From an uncultured virus (IMG/VR IMGVR_UViG_3300030116_001948) (lineage: Duplodnaviria; Heunggongvirae; Uroviricota; Caudoviricetes): a stretch of 27,793 bases of DNA. A program made the translations under genes and the position numbers. The stretch spans positions 62,001-89,793 of the IMG/VR virus record IMGVR_UViG_3300030116_001948; one strand, written 5' to 3'. Under the pieces are notes generated by a model, which did not search any database, was not told the DNA's origin, and was given only the letters and a program-made list of their open reading frames with translations. This document shows positions 7,601-16,894 of this stretch, piece by piece (the stretch's first letter is position 1; each line of letters starts with the position of its first letter).

Positions 7601-10600
7601 GTTCTAATTATATCAGCATACTCTAAAGGTTCTACGTATACACGATCACCTTTTGAGTTAGTATAATAAAATTTTTGGTTGATTTTTTTAATTTCAGATT
7701 CTGCTTTTTCTAAACGTTTAATTAAATCTACCTGCTCTTCAGCAGTTGTTTGACCTTTCTTTGGTCCAAGATTATCTTCACCCAATGTATGTTTTACTGC
7801 TGCGTATTCCCACAATGCATTACCGTGATCTTTATAACCTTTCTGAGATTCGTTTAATACTTTTTTTACTAATCCAATATACTTAGTATTAAAGTCTGAT
7901 AGCTGATTAGCATTTACGTGTAAACGATATATTGTTTCTGCTACAGTCTTTAACGTAGATGTAGGTACAGTAATACCATACTCTTCCATTTGACCAGTCT
8001 TTTCGTTGAATTTTAATACTCTATCAAATTGTAAACGTTGTTCAAACGGTGCTAGTTCTTTATTAAGTCTTTGATAAATACCAAGCACTTGGTCTAATTT
8101 TTTAGGATCACGCAAGTGTGCTCTACTAGGATTTAATGCATTAATTTCATTGGTAATTAACTCAGATAATCTAAAAGGTTCTAGTTCTTGTATATATGGA
8201 TACTTATTGTTTTTCTTTTCAAAACTTTCTCTGCTTTTATACTTTTGTATTTTTTGTGTTTTTTCATTGTATCCATAAATAATAGTATCAGAATCTTTTA
8301 ATATCTTAGCCTCAGTTTTATCTGCAACTTCATTTACTAATTTAGAATTACCCTTAGCCCAGCTATCTACATACACTTTGTATTGCTGTGATATATTCAT
8401 AAACTCTTCTTTTGTATTTTCTTTAGCACGTTTTTTATAGAACTCATCAAAAGTATCTAACGGTATATCTTTAGTAATATCAGCTTTTAGAGTGTTTTCA
8501 GCTTCTTGTAACAACTCTTTATTACGTTTAATTTTTGTTAACACATCTTCTTTACCATACTTATTATTCATCATCTTCATAAAAAATCCAAAACGAGTAC
8601 CATCTATATTTTGTATAAAGTCTGATGTTCTATCAATACGTTTTAAGAAAAATGAATACTCACTTGGTAAATTAAACAATAGCTTTTCATTACCAACTGC
8701 AGTCTGTGAATAAATTAAATTTTTAAACTCATTTAAATTTTCTTTTAGTAGTGGCGTCTGTGATTTCTTTAATGGTTTTAAACTATCTATCAAAGCATCT
8801 AACTTAGCTGGATCTGTAAGAACATCTAAATCGATTAAATCGGGAACCATTTTTTTTGTTTTGAGTACAACTTCTTGACCAGGTTTTGCATCTACTTTAG
8901 ATTGCCTACCTTTTGGTGGTACATTCAAATCGTCCATTATAACTTCTTCAAACTTATCTAACTCTAATTCTTGACGTAATTTATCAATACGTTGTTGTCT
9001 AGATTCTTGTGATAGCTTCAATGTTTCATATCTAGCTTTAGACATATACTCTTTATTTCTAGCACGTATTGCCCAAGTCTGTTCACGATCAGGTAACTGT
9101 CCAGTAAATTCAGCTTGTAAAGAACCTCTAAGTGCGTATAGCCCTTCTAATCTATTTGATTTGTTAAAAAACTCACCAAGTTTTTCTTTTTGTTCTTTCT
9201 CTTTTAATAGTTCATTAATTCTACTATTTACTCTTCTTAAAAACTCAAAACGATTCTCACCTCTAAATCCTACAAAGTCTGATTTAATTAATGGTGTTGC
9301 TATATAAAATACATCAAACAAATCTTCTACTCTATTAAATGCTTCTTCTGGTAATGGTTTACCTTCTTCTTTTCTTCTATTAGATAACTGTTCTAACTGT
9401 TCTCTAAGTATTATTTTAGTGTAAGCTATTTGATCACCGTAAGAACGTCTGTTATGTTTTTTGAAATACTTTTGGTCGTTCGTAAATGATTGGTATAATC
9501 TATTACGCTGCTCAAATGTAAGCTCTACTACTTGTGTAATAAAATCATCTACAGACTCACTAGTCATTTCTAATTCTTTCATTGCATATTGTTTAAAGTC
9601 ATTAGACTTTTTTAATGCAGAAGACAAATCAATAACCTGATTTAGTTTATTCCATAAAAATGTTTCATATTCTACAATGTTATCAAACTCTTTAGGGTTT
9701 AATCCTTTCATAAAATGTTCTGAAAAATCTTTTATACCTACTTTACGATATATTGGATGACTAATAATTTGTTCAGAAATATCTTTTAACAATGCTACGC
9801 TTTGCTCTTTACTAAATCTATTCCAAGGATTTAACTCCAAACGTAATCCAATGTATTGATCTGCAATCAATCCTAAATATGATTTAGCATCTTGTGTTTT
9901 TTCAAGGTAATGTGTAGCAGTTTCTTGAACATCTAAAGGCATATCTGTTTTACGTCTACTACCAAATACAAGTTTATGCATATTTTTAATAGCTTGTCTA
10001 CGTGCTTCCATTTCACCAGTCTCAGCACCTTCATACATCCATTCATATCTAGCACGCATTTTACGTAACGCAACAATAGGTAAATCTATATTAGACAAAT
10101 CTGCAGCGTCAATGTATGTATTCAACATAACATTTCTATCAATAATTAATTCATTAAATGCATTTAAATAATTATCACGCATTTTACCTTTTGTTTTAAC
10201 ATCTGTACGTGGCGTATTGTCTTCGAGCTGTCTATTAATATCTAACTCTAATGCAATCTGATTAACACCATTAGTAATTAAACCAATAGAATCTTGAGAC
10301 ATAGTTGATATTTTACCATTTCTTAACTTAGCTCTTGTATCTAATATGTCTGCTAAATGTTGTTTTTTTCCTTTACTTTCTGATGGTTCTGCATTTGCTA
10401 ATTCTCTACCACGTTCTGGATCTTTCAAGTCTACTGTATCTTTTTTACCATTCTTTCTACGAACTAATTGGTCTTGTATAAAAGATTGTTTATATGCAGT
10501 AGTTAATTCTTTTGGCAATCCCCAGAACATATGTGCAGAGTCAATATCTTTATCAGCACCAGACATCATAAAATCATTATATTCGTTGGTAATTAATGAA

Positions 10601-13600
10601 ATACCTTCACGTGTCTTAGCAAATCCAACAAACTCTCCTATACGAAAACCACCATTACTAATCATAGGTGAACGTATAAATCCTACGTTTTTACGTACAA
10701 AATCATATTCTTCAAAGTCACGCTGTGCTCTTTTTGTTGTAGGATTCTCTTTCATTTCTACCCAAGTATCCCAAAACTTACCAAGTGTCATTGTTTTTTC
10801 GTTTTTCTTACCTTCGTATACAGTAACCTCTATAACATCTCTTGCACCCTCATTCATCATAAATTCGTTGTTTGCTAGACCTTTCTTAGCTTTAGAGTAC
10901 TTTTGCTTACGTCCACTAATTAAAACGTCATATAAGCCCAATTTAGAGCTATATGAGTGCCTAATACGTGGTCTAGTAAGTCTTTTAGCTACATATTGCT
11001 TAACTCTTTCATTAATATATTCTCTAACGCCAGGTCTTAAATATGTACCAGGATCAAAATTTGTATCAATTAAATAATCTTCTACTAGTTGTCTATTGTA
11101 TGTATTAGTTCTATAATCAGTCCATTCTTGCATCGCTTGTTTATCAAAATCAGATAAACGTTCTATTTCTAAAATTTGTTTAATAATACTTTGTGCTGCT
11201 TTACTATCAGGTCTTTCAAATAATATTTGATCTAGTAGCTTAATGCTTATATCGTCTATCCTACCTGATAATTCTTTGTTGCCTAAGTATTCTTTTTCAG
11301 CTAATGCTGTAGCTTTAGGATCACCAGCTGCTGCTTTAGAAACTAATTCTTCCCATTTATTCCAATAATCTCTACCTACTTTGGTATTTGGGTCCATTTC
11401 AAATGTGTTTATATTAGACATAACCTGCTGCAATAGTTTTTGATTACCTATCTTTTCAAAGTTTTCATACACATTTAAATTCAAATAGTTATCTTCTATT
11501 TTAGATTTAAATACATTCAACTTACCAACCAGCTCAAACTCTTTGGTTTTTTCATTCCAACGTACTTTTGTTGGTTCTACTCCAGTCATTTCTTTAATAC
11601 CAGAAACGTAATGTATTTTATCTAAATTGTGTTTTTCTGCAAATGCTTGCCAATAACTATCCATTTTAAAATCAGCTGTTTTATTAATAATCTGTCCACG
11701 AACACCGTACTCTGGTCTAAATAATCCCAACGTTTTAAACACGCCTGTACGAGGATCATATCCATAATTATCTTTTACAATTTCAAATAACTTTTGATGT
11801 GTCATAGTTACACCATCTGTACCTGAATTGTTTTCTTTCAATGCTTTACCCATATTTTTTACGCTACTTGGTAAATCTTCTATAACGATATGGTTAAATG
11901 TATCTCCTTCAAATCGTGAAAATCTACTCATAGATATTTGACTTAAAGGTTCATATTCTGGTATAGCTCCTAACTTGGCAAATCCTATATCATTAAATTT
12001 ATCTTGTAAACGATAAGTACCAGATTCAATACTTTCTAAAACTTTTTTATTGTGTGCCTCAACACGTTGTATTAACTCTGGATTATCTTTAGCAAACTGT
12101 TCATACAAATCATTGTTAGCTTTACTAGAACGTTTACCATACAAAGTAATATAAGTATTCTCAAATATTGGTGTCATATCAATATCTGTATAACGCTTGT
12201 CATTTAAAAATCTTTCTATTACTAAAGGATCTAGAGATAATTTAATATCAGTAAAATTCTTAGGATTGAATACGTCCATATCTACTTGACGTGTTCTTGT
12301 TAAGTTTTTGTATCCAGCAAAGTATTCTGGATTTAATGCTATTTCAATACCAGAATGATGTTTAGTACGTTTCTGGAATTTAGTTACACTTTCATACGGT
12401 TCTGTTTTTACCCACTCACGTATTAAATCTTTAGTAGGAATTTCACCTAATCTAATTAATCCTGTTTCTTGCATACGCCACATTAATGTAGCAATATTAC
12501 TTTTATATCTACCTTTAGTAACTGGTATCTTTAATTCATTAATTAAAAAGTTATTTAATGCTTTAATATCTTTTAACTTTGTGCCTCTTGCCCAAGGATA
12601 TGCTCTGACTTGTATTCTACCAGTCTCACCATTAGCAGCGTAAATAAATGCACCTTCTTTTTCTAGCTGCTTAGCCATATTATTTAACTGTTTATCAGTC
12701 ATATGTTCTGCTAATTGCAATGGTCTAATACGATTACCTTTGCTATCTGTTTTACCTTCAGGTATATATCTAAAAATATCTACAGATAACGGTGCAACAT
12801 TTTTGACTCTTGGTCTATTCTTGTATGAATTAGATGCGTAATCCCAATAACGTTCTAAAATACGTGCAGTTAAATACTCGTAATCATAATGTAATGTATT
12901 ACCCTCTTTGACACTAAAATTGTTATTTTTATTTACACGACTAGAACCATGTGTAGGATTACCAGCTTTACTACCACCAATAGGTTTATCATAAGAATCT
13001 GTTTCAGGTGCCTCTTTTTCTAATGTAGGTTCTAGATTTTTATCTTTTGATAATGCACCTTCTCCTACAATGTAAATTCTAGCAATAGGAAAACGATCTA
13101 TTTCTTTTAAATAATGCGCAGTTTGTATTAACTCTCTTTTTTGTTTATCACTTACAGTAATTCTATATTTACCAGATACTTCTTTAACAAAAGCGTTAAT
13201 ATCATAGTTTACATCATCAATAGTTTTTTTAAACATATTGTGTAGATCTTGCACACTAGCGTCTTTGTTTCTACGCTTTACATCTATAAAAATATTTTTC
13301 AATGATTTTTGTTTCGGTAAATGTTCAGACAACGGATCAACTTCTTGTACTTGATACTCAATAGTTCTACCGTCTTCTAATGTAATAGAATCTAATCTAA
13401 ATTTTTTCTTTTCAATATCTTTAGCAACTTGCTCTGTATCGCCTATTTGGTTTTCTGTACGATTAGCTATAATGCTTTCTTCTATTTCAGCCTTTTGTTT
13501 ATCTAAAGCATCGTACATTTCTCCTAGTATTTTCTCTTTAGCTTTACGATCTGTTTTAGCTTTCTGCTCCATTTCAGAGGTAATAATACCTTTTTCTTTT

Positions 13601-14970
13601 AACTCTTTATATGTTTCTGCATATGCTAATATAATATCGTTGTATTGATTTACAGTATAATCTATCTGCTGTTGTTGTATATTTTTTAAATATCTACTCC
13701 AGTATGCTTGATACTCAGGACTTTCATTTTGATACCAAGGTTGTTCAGTAAGCCAGTTTCTAGCTTTTTTCATATTGTAATCTCTTGGTATTGCATTCAT
13801 AGAATTATAAATATCTCTTGTAGCTCTATTTTCAAATGATGCTCTACTATTTACACTAAAGAATGCAGCCATTAATGTTTCATATATTTGGTCTTCTAAT
13901 GGTAAATCGTTTAACTCAGAAGTAACAGTACCATAAGAAACACCTGCACCACCACGCATAATAAAGTTAATGGTATTATATTGATCTATTCTATTAGGTT
14001 GCGTTCCTAATGCTTTAGCAAATCCACGAACTACTCTTTCTCCAGAACCACGAACTACTGCGTTACTACTACCTAACATTCTACCAATACTTACATACTC
14101 ACCAATAGTACCAAATATACTACCTGCTACGGCACCATGTACACCAGCCATAGCCATTCCTTTAAATCCTTCACCTCTAGTACCATAAGGTTGTGCAGAC
14201 ATAGCCATTAGCAAACTTAAGTGTATAGATTGATTTACAATATTTTCTACTGCTGCTTTATCTATATACTTGCTTTTGAGTATACCTTTGTTCATATACT
14301 CTAAAATTCTTACGTTATTGTTATGTAAACCTTTTGTAGCTTGTTTCTGTATAAAGTTAGCTGCTAATCCAGGTATAGATACTACACCATATAGTTTTTG
14401 TCCAGTAGCAGGATCAATACCTGTTGGTGTAGGTGATGCTAATTTTGTAGCTCTAGCAAACCTATCCATAGCTTTTTGTATTTTTAGATTACTGTTTTGC
14501 CAATCTTGAGATTTGAGTTCTATACGTTCTGCTACTTTTTCTAAACGTTTGTTGCCGCTTTTCTTAGCTTTTTCTTTCAGTCCACGACTTACGACACCAG
14601 CAGCAGCTCTACCACCAGTAATAGTTGATACTACTAAACTTGGTGCTAATCCAATCAAATGTCCTATGTTATTAGCAATACGTTCTGTAGATGTGTCAGG
14701 TGTATCTGCAAAACCAAAAGTTGTAAAACCTTCAATCAATCCAGATACGGTCTGTGCTAAAACTCCGTCACTACGCCCTTGTCTACCTTCCGTAAGGGGT
14801 AAGCCTGCCTCATTGATTTTAGTCTCCATAAAACGTAAACTACGGGTGTCAAATGACGTAGGAGAACGGTCATAGAATGATTTAAGTCCTCTTGCAAACT
14901 GAAATTCATCTATTCTACCGCCTTCAAGTTCTTTTTGAAGTAGCGTTATTCTGTTATCTAGTTTAAACAT
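4636..14970 (-). CDS. Giant 3444-aa virion/ejection protein with a probable two-barrel DNA-dependent RNA polymerase domain
   Basis: Ordered motifs are SGTDGV (D1052), Lys in VFKT and NKTA, FIRSP (R1433) and SGADKDIDS (D1473-D1477). The N-terminus has Gly/Ala hydrophobic helices. The C-terminus (SQFIYHATFRP...RFQPYAWN plus a hydrophobic segment) resembles large podoviral internal virion proteins. It is the last gene of the structural operon. Confidence 0.75.
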   Translation of the reverse strand: MFKLDNRITLLQKELEGGRIDEFQFARGLKSFYDRSPTSFDTRSLRFMETKINEAGLPLTEGRQGRSDGVLAQTVSGLIEGFTTFGFADTPDTSTERIANNIGHLIGLAPSLVVSTITGGRAAAGVVSRGLKEKAKKSGNKRLEKVAERIELKSQDWQNSNLKIQKAMDRFARATKLASPTPTGIDPATGQKLYGVVSIPGLAANFIQKQATKGLHNNNVRILEYMNKGILKSKYIDKAAVENIVNQSIHLSLLMAMSAQPYGTRGEGFKGMAMAGVHGAVAGSIFGTIGEYVSIGRMLGSSNAVVRGSGERVVRGFAKALGTQPNRIDQYNTINFIMRGGAGVSYGTVTSELNDLPLEDQIYETLMAAFFSVNSRASFENRATRDIYNSMNAIPRDYNMKKARNWLTEQPWYQNESPEYQAYWSRYLKNIQQQQIDYTVNQYNDIILAYAETYKELKEKGIITSEMEQKAKTDRKAKEKILGEMYDALDKQKAEIEESIIANRTENQIGDTEQVAKDIEKKKFRLDSITLEDGRTIEYQVQEVDPLSEHLPKQKSLKNIFIDVKRRNKDASVQDLHNMFKKTIDDVNYDINAFVKEVSGKYRITVSDKQKRELIQTAHYLKEIDRFPIARIYIVGEGALSKDKNLEPTLEKEAPETDSYDKPIGGSKAGNPTHGSSRVNKNNNFSVKEGNTLHYDYEYLTARILERYWDYASNSYKNRPRVKNVAPLSVDIFRYIPEGKTDSKGNRIRPLQLAEHMTDKQLNNMAKQLEKEGAFIYAANGETGRIQVRAYPWARGTKLKDIKALNNFLINELKIPVTKGRYKSNIATLMWRMQETGLIRLGEIPTKDLIREWVKTEPYESVTKFQKRTKHHSGIEIALNPEYFAGYKNLTRTRQVDMDVFNPKNFTDIKLSLDPLVIERFLNDKRYTDIDMTPIFENTYITLYGKRSSKANNDLYEQFAKDNPELIQRVEAHNKKVLESIESGTYRLQDKFNDIGFAKLGAIPEYEPLSQISMSRFSRFEGDTFNHIVIEDLPSSVKNMGKALKENNSGTDGVTMTHQKLFEIVKDNYGYDPRTGVFKTLGLFRPEYGVRGQIINKTADFKMDSYWQAFAEKHNLDKIHYVSGIKEMTGVEPTKVRWNEKTKEFELVGKLNVFKSKIEDNYLNLNVYENFEKIGNQKLLQQVMSNINTFEMDPNTKVGRDYWNKWEELVSKAAAGDPKATALAEKEYLGNKELSGRIDDISIKLLDQILFERPDSKAAQSIIKQILEIERLSDFDKQAMQEWTDYRTNTYNRQLVEDYLIDTNFDPGTYLRPGVREYINERVKQYVAKRLTRPRIRHSYSSKLGLYDVLISGRKQKYSKAKKGLANNEFMMNEGARDVIEVTVYEGKKNEKTMTLGKFWDTWVEMKENPTTKRAQRDFEEYDFVRKNVGFIRSPMISNGGFRIGEFVGFAKTREGISLITNEYNDFMMSGADKDIDSAHMFWGLPKELTTAYKQSFIQDQLVRRKNGKKDTVDLKDPERGRELANAEPSESKGKKQHLADILDTRAKLRNGKISTMSQDSIGLITNGVNQIALELDINRQLEDNTPRTDVKTKGKMRDNYLNAFNELIIDRNVMLNTYIDAADLSNIDLPIVALRKMRARYEWMYEGAETGEMEARRQAIKNMHKLVFGSRRKTDMPLDVQETATHYLEKTQDAKSYLGLIADQYIGLRLELNPWNRFSKEQSVALLKDISEQIISHPIYRKVGIKDFSEHFMKGLNPKEFDNIVEYETFLWNKLNQVIDLSSALKKSNDFKQYAMKELEMTSESVDDFITQVVELTFEQRNRLYQSFTNDQKYFKKHNRRSYGDQIAYTKIILREQLEQLSNRRKEEGKPLPEEAFNRVEDLFDVFYIATPLIKSDFVGFRGENRFEFLRRVNSRINELLKEKEQKEKLGEFFNKSNRLEGLYALRGSLQAEFTGQLPDREQTWAIRARNKEYMSKARYETLKLSQESRQQRIDKLRQELELDKFEEVIMDDLNVPPKGRQSKVDAKPGQEVVLKTKKMVPDLIDLDVLTDPAKLDALIDSLKPLKKSQTPLLKENLNEFKNLIYSQTAVGNEKLLFNLPSEYSFFLKRIDRTSDFIQNIDGTRFGFFMKMMNNKYGKEDVLTKIKRNKELLQEAENTLKADITKDIPLDTFDEFYKKRAKENTKEEFMNISQQYKVYVDSWAKGNSKLVNEVADKTEAKILKDSDTIIYGYNEKTQKIQKYKSRESFEKKNNKYPYIQELEPFRLSELITNEINALNPSRAHLRDPKKLDQVLGIYQRLNKELAPFEQRLQFDRVLKFNEKTGQMEEYGITVPTSTLKTVAETIYRLHVNANQLSDFNTKYIGLVKKVLNESQKGYKDHGNALWEYAAVKHTLGEDNLGPKKGQTTAEEQVDLIKRLEKAESEIKKINQKFYYTNSKGDRVYVEPLEYADIIRTEVIQPIMEYSLNSMIKSNYKNIGKLFEQQTTFPLEFFSNTTLPEGHPKYWQQRMAQLFLNKHGLIEVRRLLWFDKTVRLQADKQTGFDVQKNHFHYDDMVWIKFHLNLRDHILDKYSDYVNNNGSLDWNALGRTKIKEGKKTISMADKVRRDIRAFSGKYGEWSSEVGKFAEDGVSDRFFPQMGQMDTKLNRKFIQEEWLPTEKERIMAKTNYKQLTDAKLAEDVRDRLITFKEAKELEYQRLENKVLEQNKYENPYIDPEAMDMLNQISTRKGKNPYPGMGTTTHARSRLERSMPGWRSDGNVPLDYMNSLSRGLMQNIGAMYSRIYLDKFLTQSKQNPRMRENAEKWHATMIDFTRGYMGFPSTRVLEVHGVTAKEMQLLKDWQKANFDQEWKVGKLDVVSKKLLYDLEQQSIPTTSEQRMKKRELIVRAYKSTNGNKLNALRKELKTVKSEQRKEEIIVEMANLKQKMYENVKKQFAKYLETQTIKNLNEFIKDENIDKLNINNTPRQWFSDESVGNLGLKLENRISKVYGGITGKKLFPSLPDNVQARHKALVDRAQYISDLEGRFELLSLLFSPKAAITNIYGGYQNIITDTGFDHFFKSGDTNYLIKEVFAGQKFKLFNKQTGKFEFRELRNREDIHEMIDSLGLLEGNLLQELAYIQANEPVQAKKFLKELVKKVTAHTRAEKLYGNSKEVNDKINKYVNTTVGELAKKYNVNKAVMDKGSFFMSSTEKHLRRKAFLAHYLKAREIYSDLEGNVRVTDEFLVDSARKGVEASQFIYHATFRPNFSNTAFGRIMTRFQPYAWNSIRRRKVIFEDMMAAEGHPNFEVTKRFQRQVANDMMTMALGTLFAYSIFEYALSPPMSWMKETAEFLFGDEETRKKAFFNQYPIQALAPLQIITPPASRFILPHINGMVNGDYEAFWKYTAWTYVPGGRFARDVYKTVNNPKYAVEYQTGLPYNSFKWHMAKVRRQAEQREINEDPTT

Positions 14971-16194
14971 TTATCGTTGTAATGCCTGTATCCAGGTATT
15001 TAACATCTTAATAGAATCACCGTAATACTGTTTGTAGTTTTCTATATTTTCTTTAGAAGTGCTGCCAAACTTAGTATCTTTCATTAAACGCTCTGCTAAT
15101 GTTTTAGCTTCAATTAGGTCTTTCAAAGCTTCTTTTTGTCTTGATCTGTTAATACCACCGAACTTGTCTTCCAATGCATATTGTGCTTGCATAGTAGCTA
15201 AGCCTAAAGATGATGAATATGCATTCTTTGTAGCAGTTGCTAGCTCCATTCTTTGCTCAGGAGAACGACCAAAAAATCTATCTCTTTTAGTATTTTTGCT
15301 AACATTCCCTACAATTTCATTAATATCAAACTCAGGAGTTGCTCCGCTTTGTAAAACATTTCTCATAGCAAATCCTTTTTGATTATCAACTACCATTTGT
15401 GCATACAAACCATCGTTTTGCATATTTAATAAATTTCTAGCAGCTAACATACTTGCTGGATCTTGCATATTTAATCCACCGTACAAAGCATTAAATCCTT
15501 GTTGTGTAGAAGAATGTTCTTCTTGGAACTGAGGACTTACACCAGATGCTTCATAAATAGCTTTTAAAACTTCTTCTTGGTTTCTTCTTTGGTCAAATAA
15601 AGTATCACCTCTTCTCACCATATTTCCAGTTTCAAAATCATATTCTCTTGCACCTAATTGTTGTCGTTTTCTTTGCATACCAGCACCTTCTGGTGCAAAA
15701 AAACCACGAGATGCATCAAATATAAGATTTCCAAAAAATCTACCTTTTTCATAATCATAATTATTTTCATCAAGAAACTTTTGAAATTTAGTTTGACTAT
15801 CTGCTATTTTCTTTGCATTGTTAGCAAACCATTCTGTATCATTGTCTCTTCTTGCTTGCCTCATTTCTTCATCAAACTTTTTATCTCTTTCGTTTAATCC
15901 TTGATTATATTCATTAATAGCATTTGTTGATTTTGTAGTTACAATACCTTGAGTGCTTATTCTTTCAAGAAAATCTTTCTGACCTTCATCCATTTCTGTT
16001 AATCTAAAGTCTTGTCTATCTTCCAACTCCTCCATTTTAAAATCTTGAAGTTGTTGATTAAGTCTCATTTGAGATTGTTCTTCAATTTTAACTCTTTCTT
16101 GAAAATCGGGTTCACGTATATCACGCATCAATCCCGACAATGATTGACTCGTAATACTTAGTGCATTTAAAAAATCTGTTTGATAGTTACTCAT
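14971..16194 (-). CDS. Probable internal virion (ejection) protein, 407 aa
   Basis: Helical, Q/E/R-rich and Cys-free. It abuts the giant gene with a 0-nt gap, and its position is typical of ejection proteins. Confidence 0.6.
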   Translation of the reverse strand: MSNYQTDFLNALSITSQSLSGLMRDIREPDFQERVKIEEQSQMRLNQQLQDFKMEELEDRQDFRLTEMDEGQKDFLERISTQGIVTTKSTNAINEYNQGLNERDKKFDEEMRQARRDNDTEWFANNAKKIADSQTKFQKFLDENNYDYEKGRFFGNLIFDASRGFFAPEGAGMQRKRQQLGAREYDFETGNMVRRGDTLFDQRRNQEEVLKAIYEASGVSPQFQEEHSSTQQGFNALYGGLNMQDPASMLAARNLLNMQNDGLYAQMVVDNQKGFAMRNVLQSGATPEFDINEIVGNVSKNTKRDRFFGRSPEQRMELATATKNAYSSSLGLATMQAQYALEDKFGGINRSRQKEALKDLIEAKTLAERLMKDTKFGSTSKENIENYKQYYGDSIKMLNTWIQALQR

Positions 16195-16682
16195 TATCCT
16201 ACATTTCCTTTCTTAATATTGTCTTGCATTTGTAAAGCTTCTACAGAAGGAAGACTAACTCCTTGCTCTAGTGCTTGTGCTCTTAATTGTCTTTCAGCTG
16301 CATCTATAGTACCTAAACGTTGTTCAAGTGCTTGTGACTGCTGTAATAAACTTGCTTCACCTTGTAATCCAATAGCTGCTAATCTAGACGTTGGATCTCC
16401 TAACGCTGGATTTGAATATCCTGCTAAACCAGCTCTACCATAACCAGACATATCAGCCATATATCCAGCTCTAGCTTGATCTACTTGCAATCCTTGTTGA
16501 TCAAATCTTAGTCCAGCCATTGTAGCCGCATCTTGTCTATACTGACTATACAATGGTTGTAAATCTAAAATACCCTTACTAGTCTCTGATGCAACTCTAC
16601 GTTGACGTGCTTGTTCTCTTTTTTTAGCATCGTGTGCTATTACACCACCAACTAATGCTCCTATTGCATATCCCCAAGCCAT
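16194..16682 (-). CDS. Probable small ejection protein (T7 gp14 / P22 gp7-like architecture), 162 aa
   Basis: An N-terminal hydrophobic Gly/Ala segment (MAWGYAIGALVGGVIA) is followed by Q/A/R-rich helices. GAGGAGGT RBS and TAATG coupling. Confidence 0.6.
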   Translation of the reverse strand: MAWGYAIGALVGGVIAHDAKKREQARQRRVASETSKGILDLQPLYSQYRQDAATMAGLRFDQQGLQVDQARAGYMADMSGYGRAGLAGYSNPALGDPTSRLAAIGLQGEASLLQQSQALEQRLGTIDAAERQLRAQALEQGVSLPSVEALQMQDNIKKGNVG

Positions 16683-16894
16683 TACTTTACCTCCTCTTGG
16701 TTGCCAAATGGTTTAAATTCTAAATTAGGAGAAATAGCCTTTAACCAATTTAATTCTTTAAAATATGGTGCATACTCTTTTGACATCTCTCTTTTTAAAG
16801 AATCTAATTCATCCATTTGTTGTATAAAAACATCATCTTCCTGCTTCGGTTGTTCAGCAGGTTGCACCATTTCTTTATTCATTTCTTCAGCCAT
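16682..16894 (-). CDS. Hypothetical acidic protein (70 aa)
   Basis: AAGGAGA RBS. Coupled to its neighbours. Confidence 0.7.
   Translation of the reverse strand: MAEEMNKEMVQPAEQPKQEDDVFIQQMDELDSLKREMSKEYAPYFKELNWLKAISPNLEFKPFGNQEEVK

Noticed and set aside
4636..14970. T7/N4-type single-subunit RNAP, zincin or transglycosylase domain in the giant protein
   Set aside because: I could not find DxxGR/motif B/HD-type signatures, an HExxH motif or an SLT motif by eye. The motifs seen fit the two-barrel class.
5083..16443. Plus-strand ORFs antisense to the giant and ejection genes (e.g. 5957-6619, 10346-11077, 14513-14875, 15059-15382)
   Set aside because: They are shadow frames of long genes, with S/L/F/I-rich composition and no recognisable motifs.
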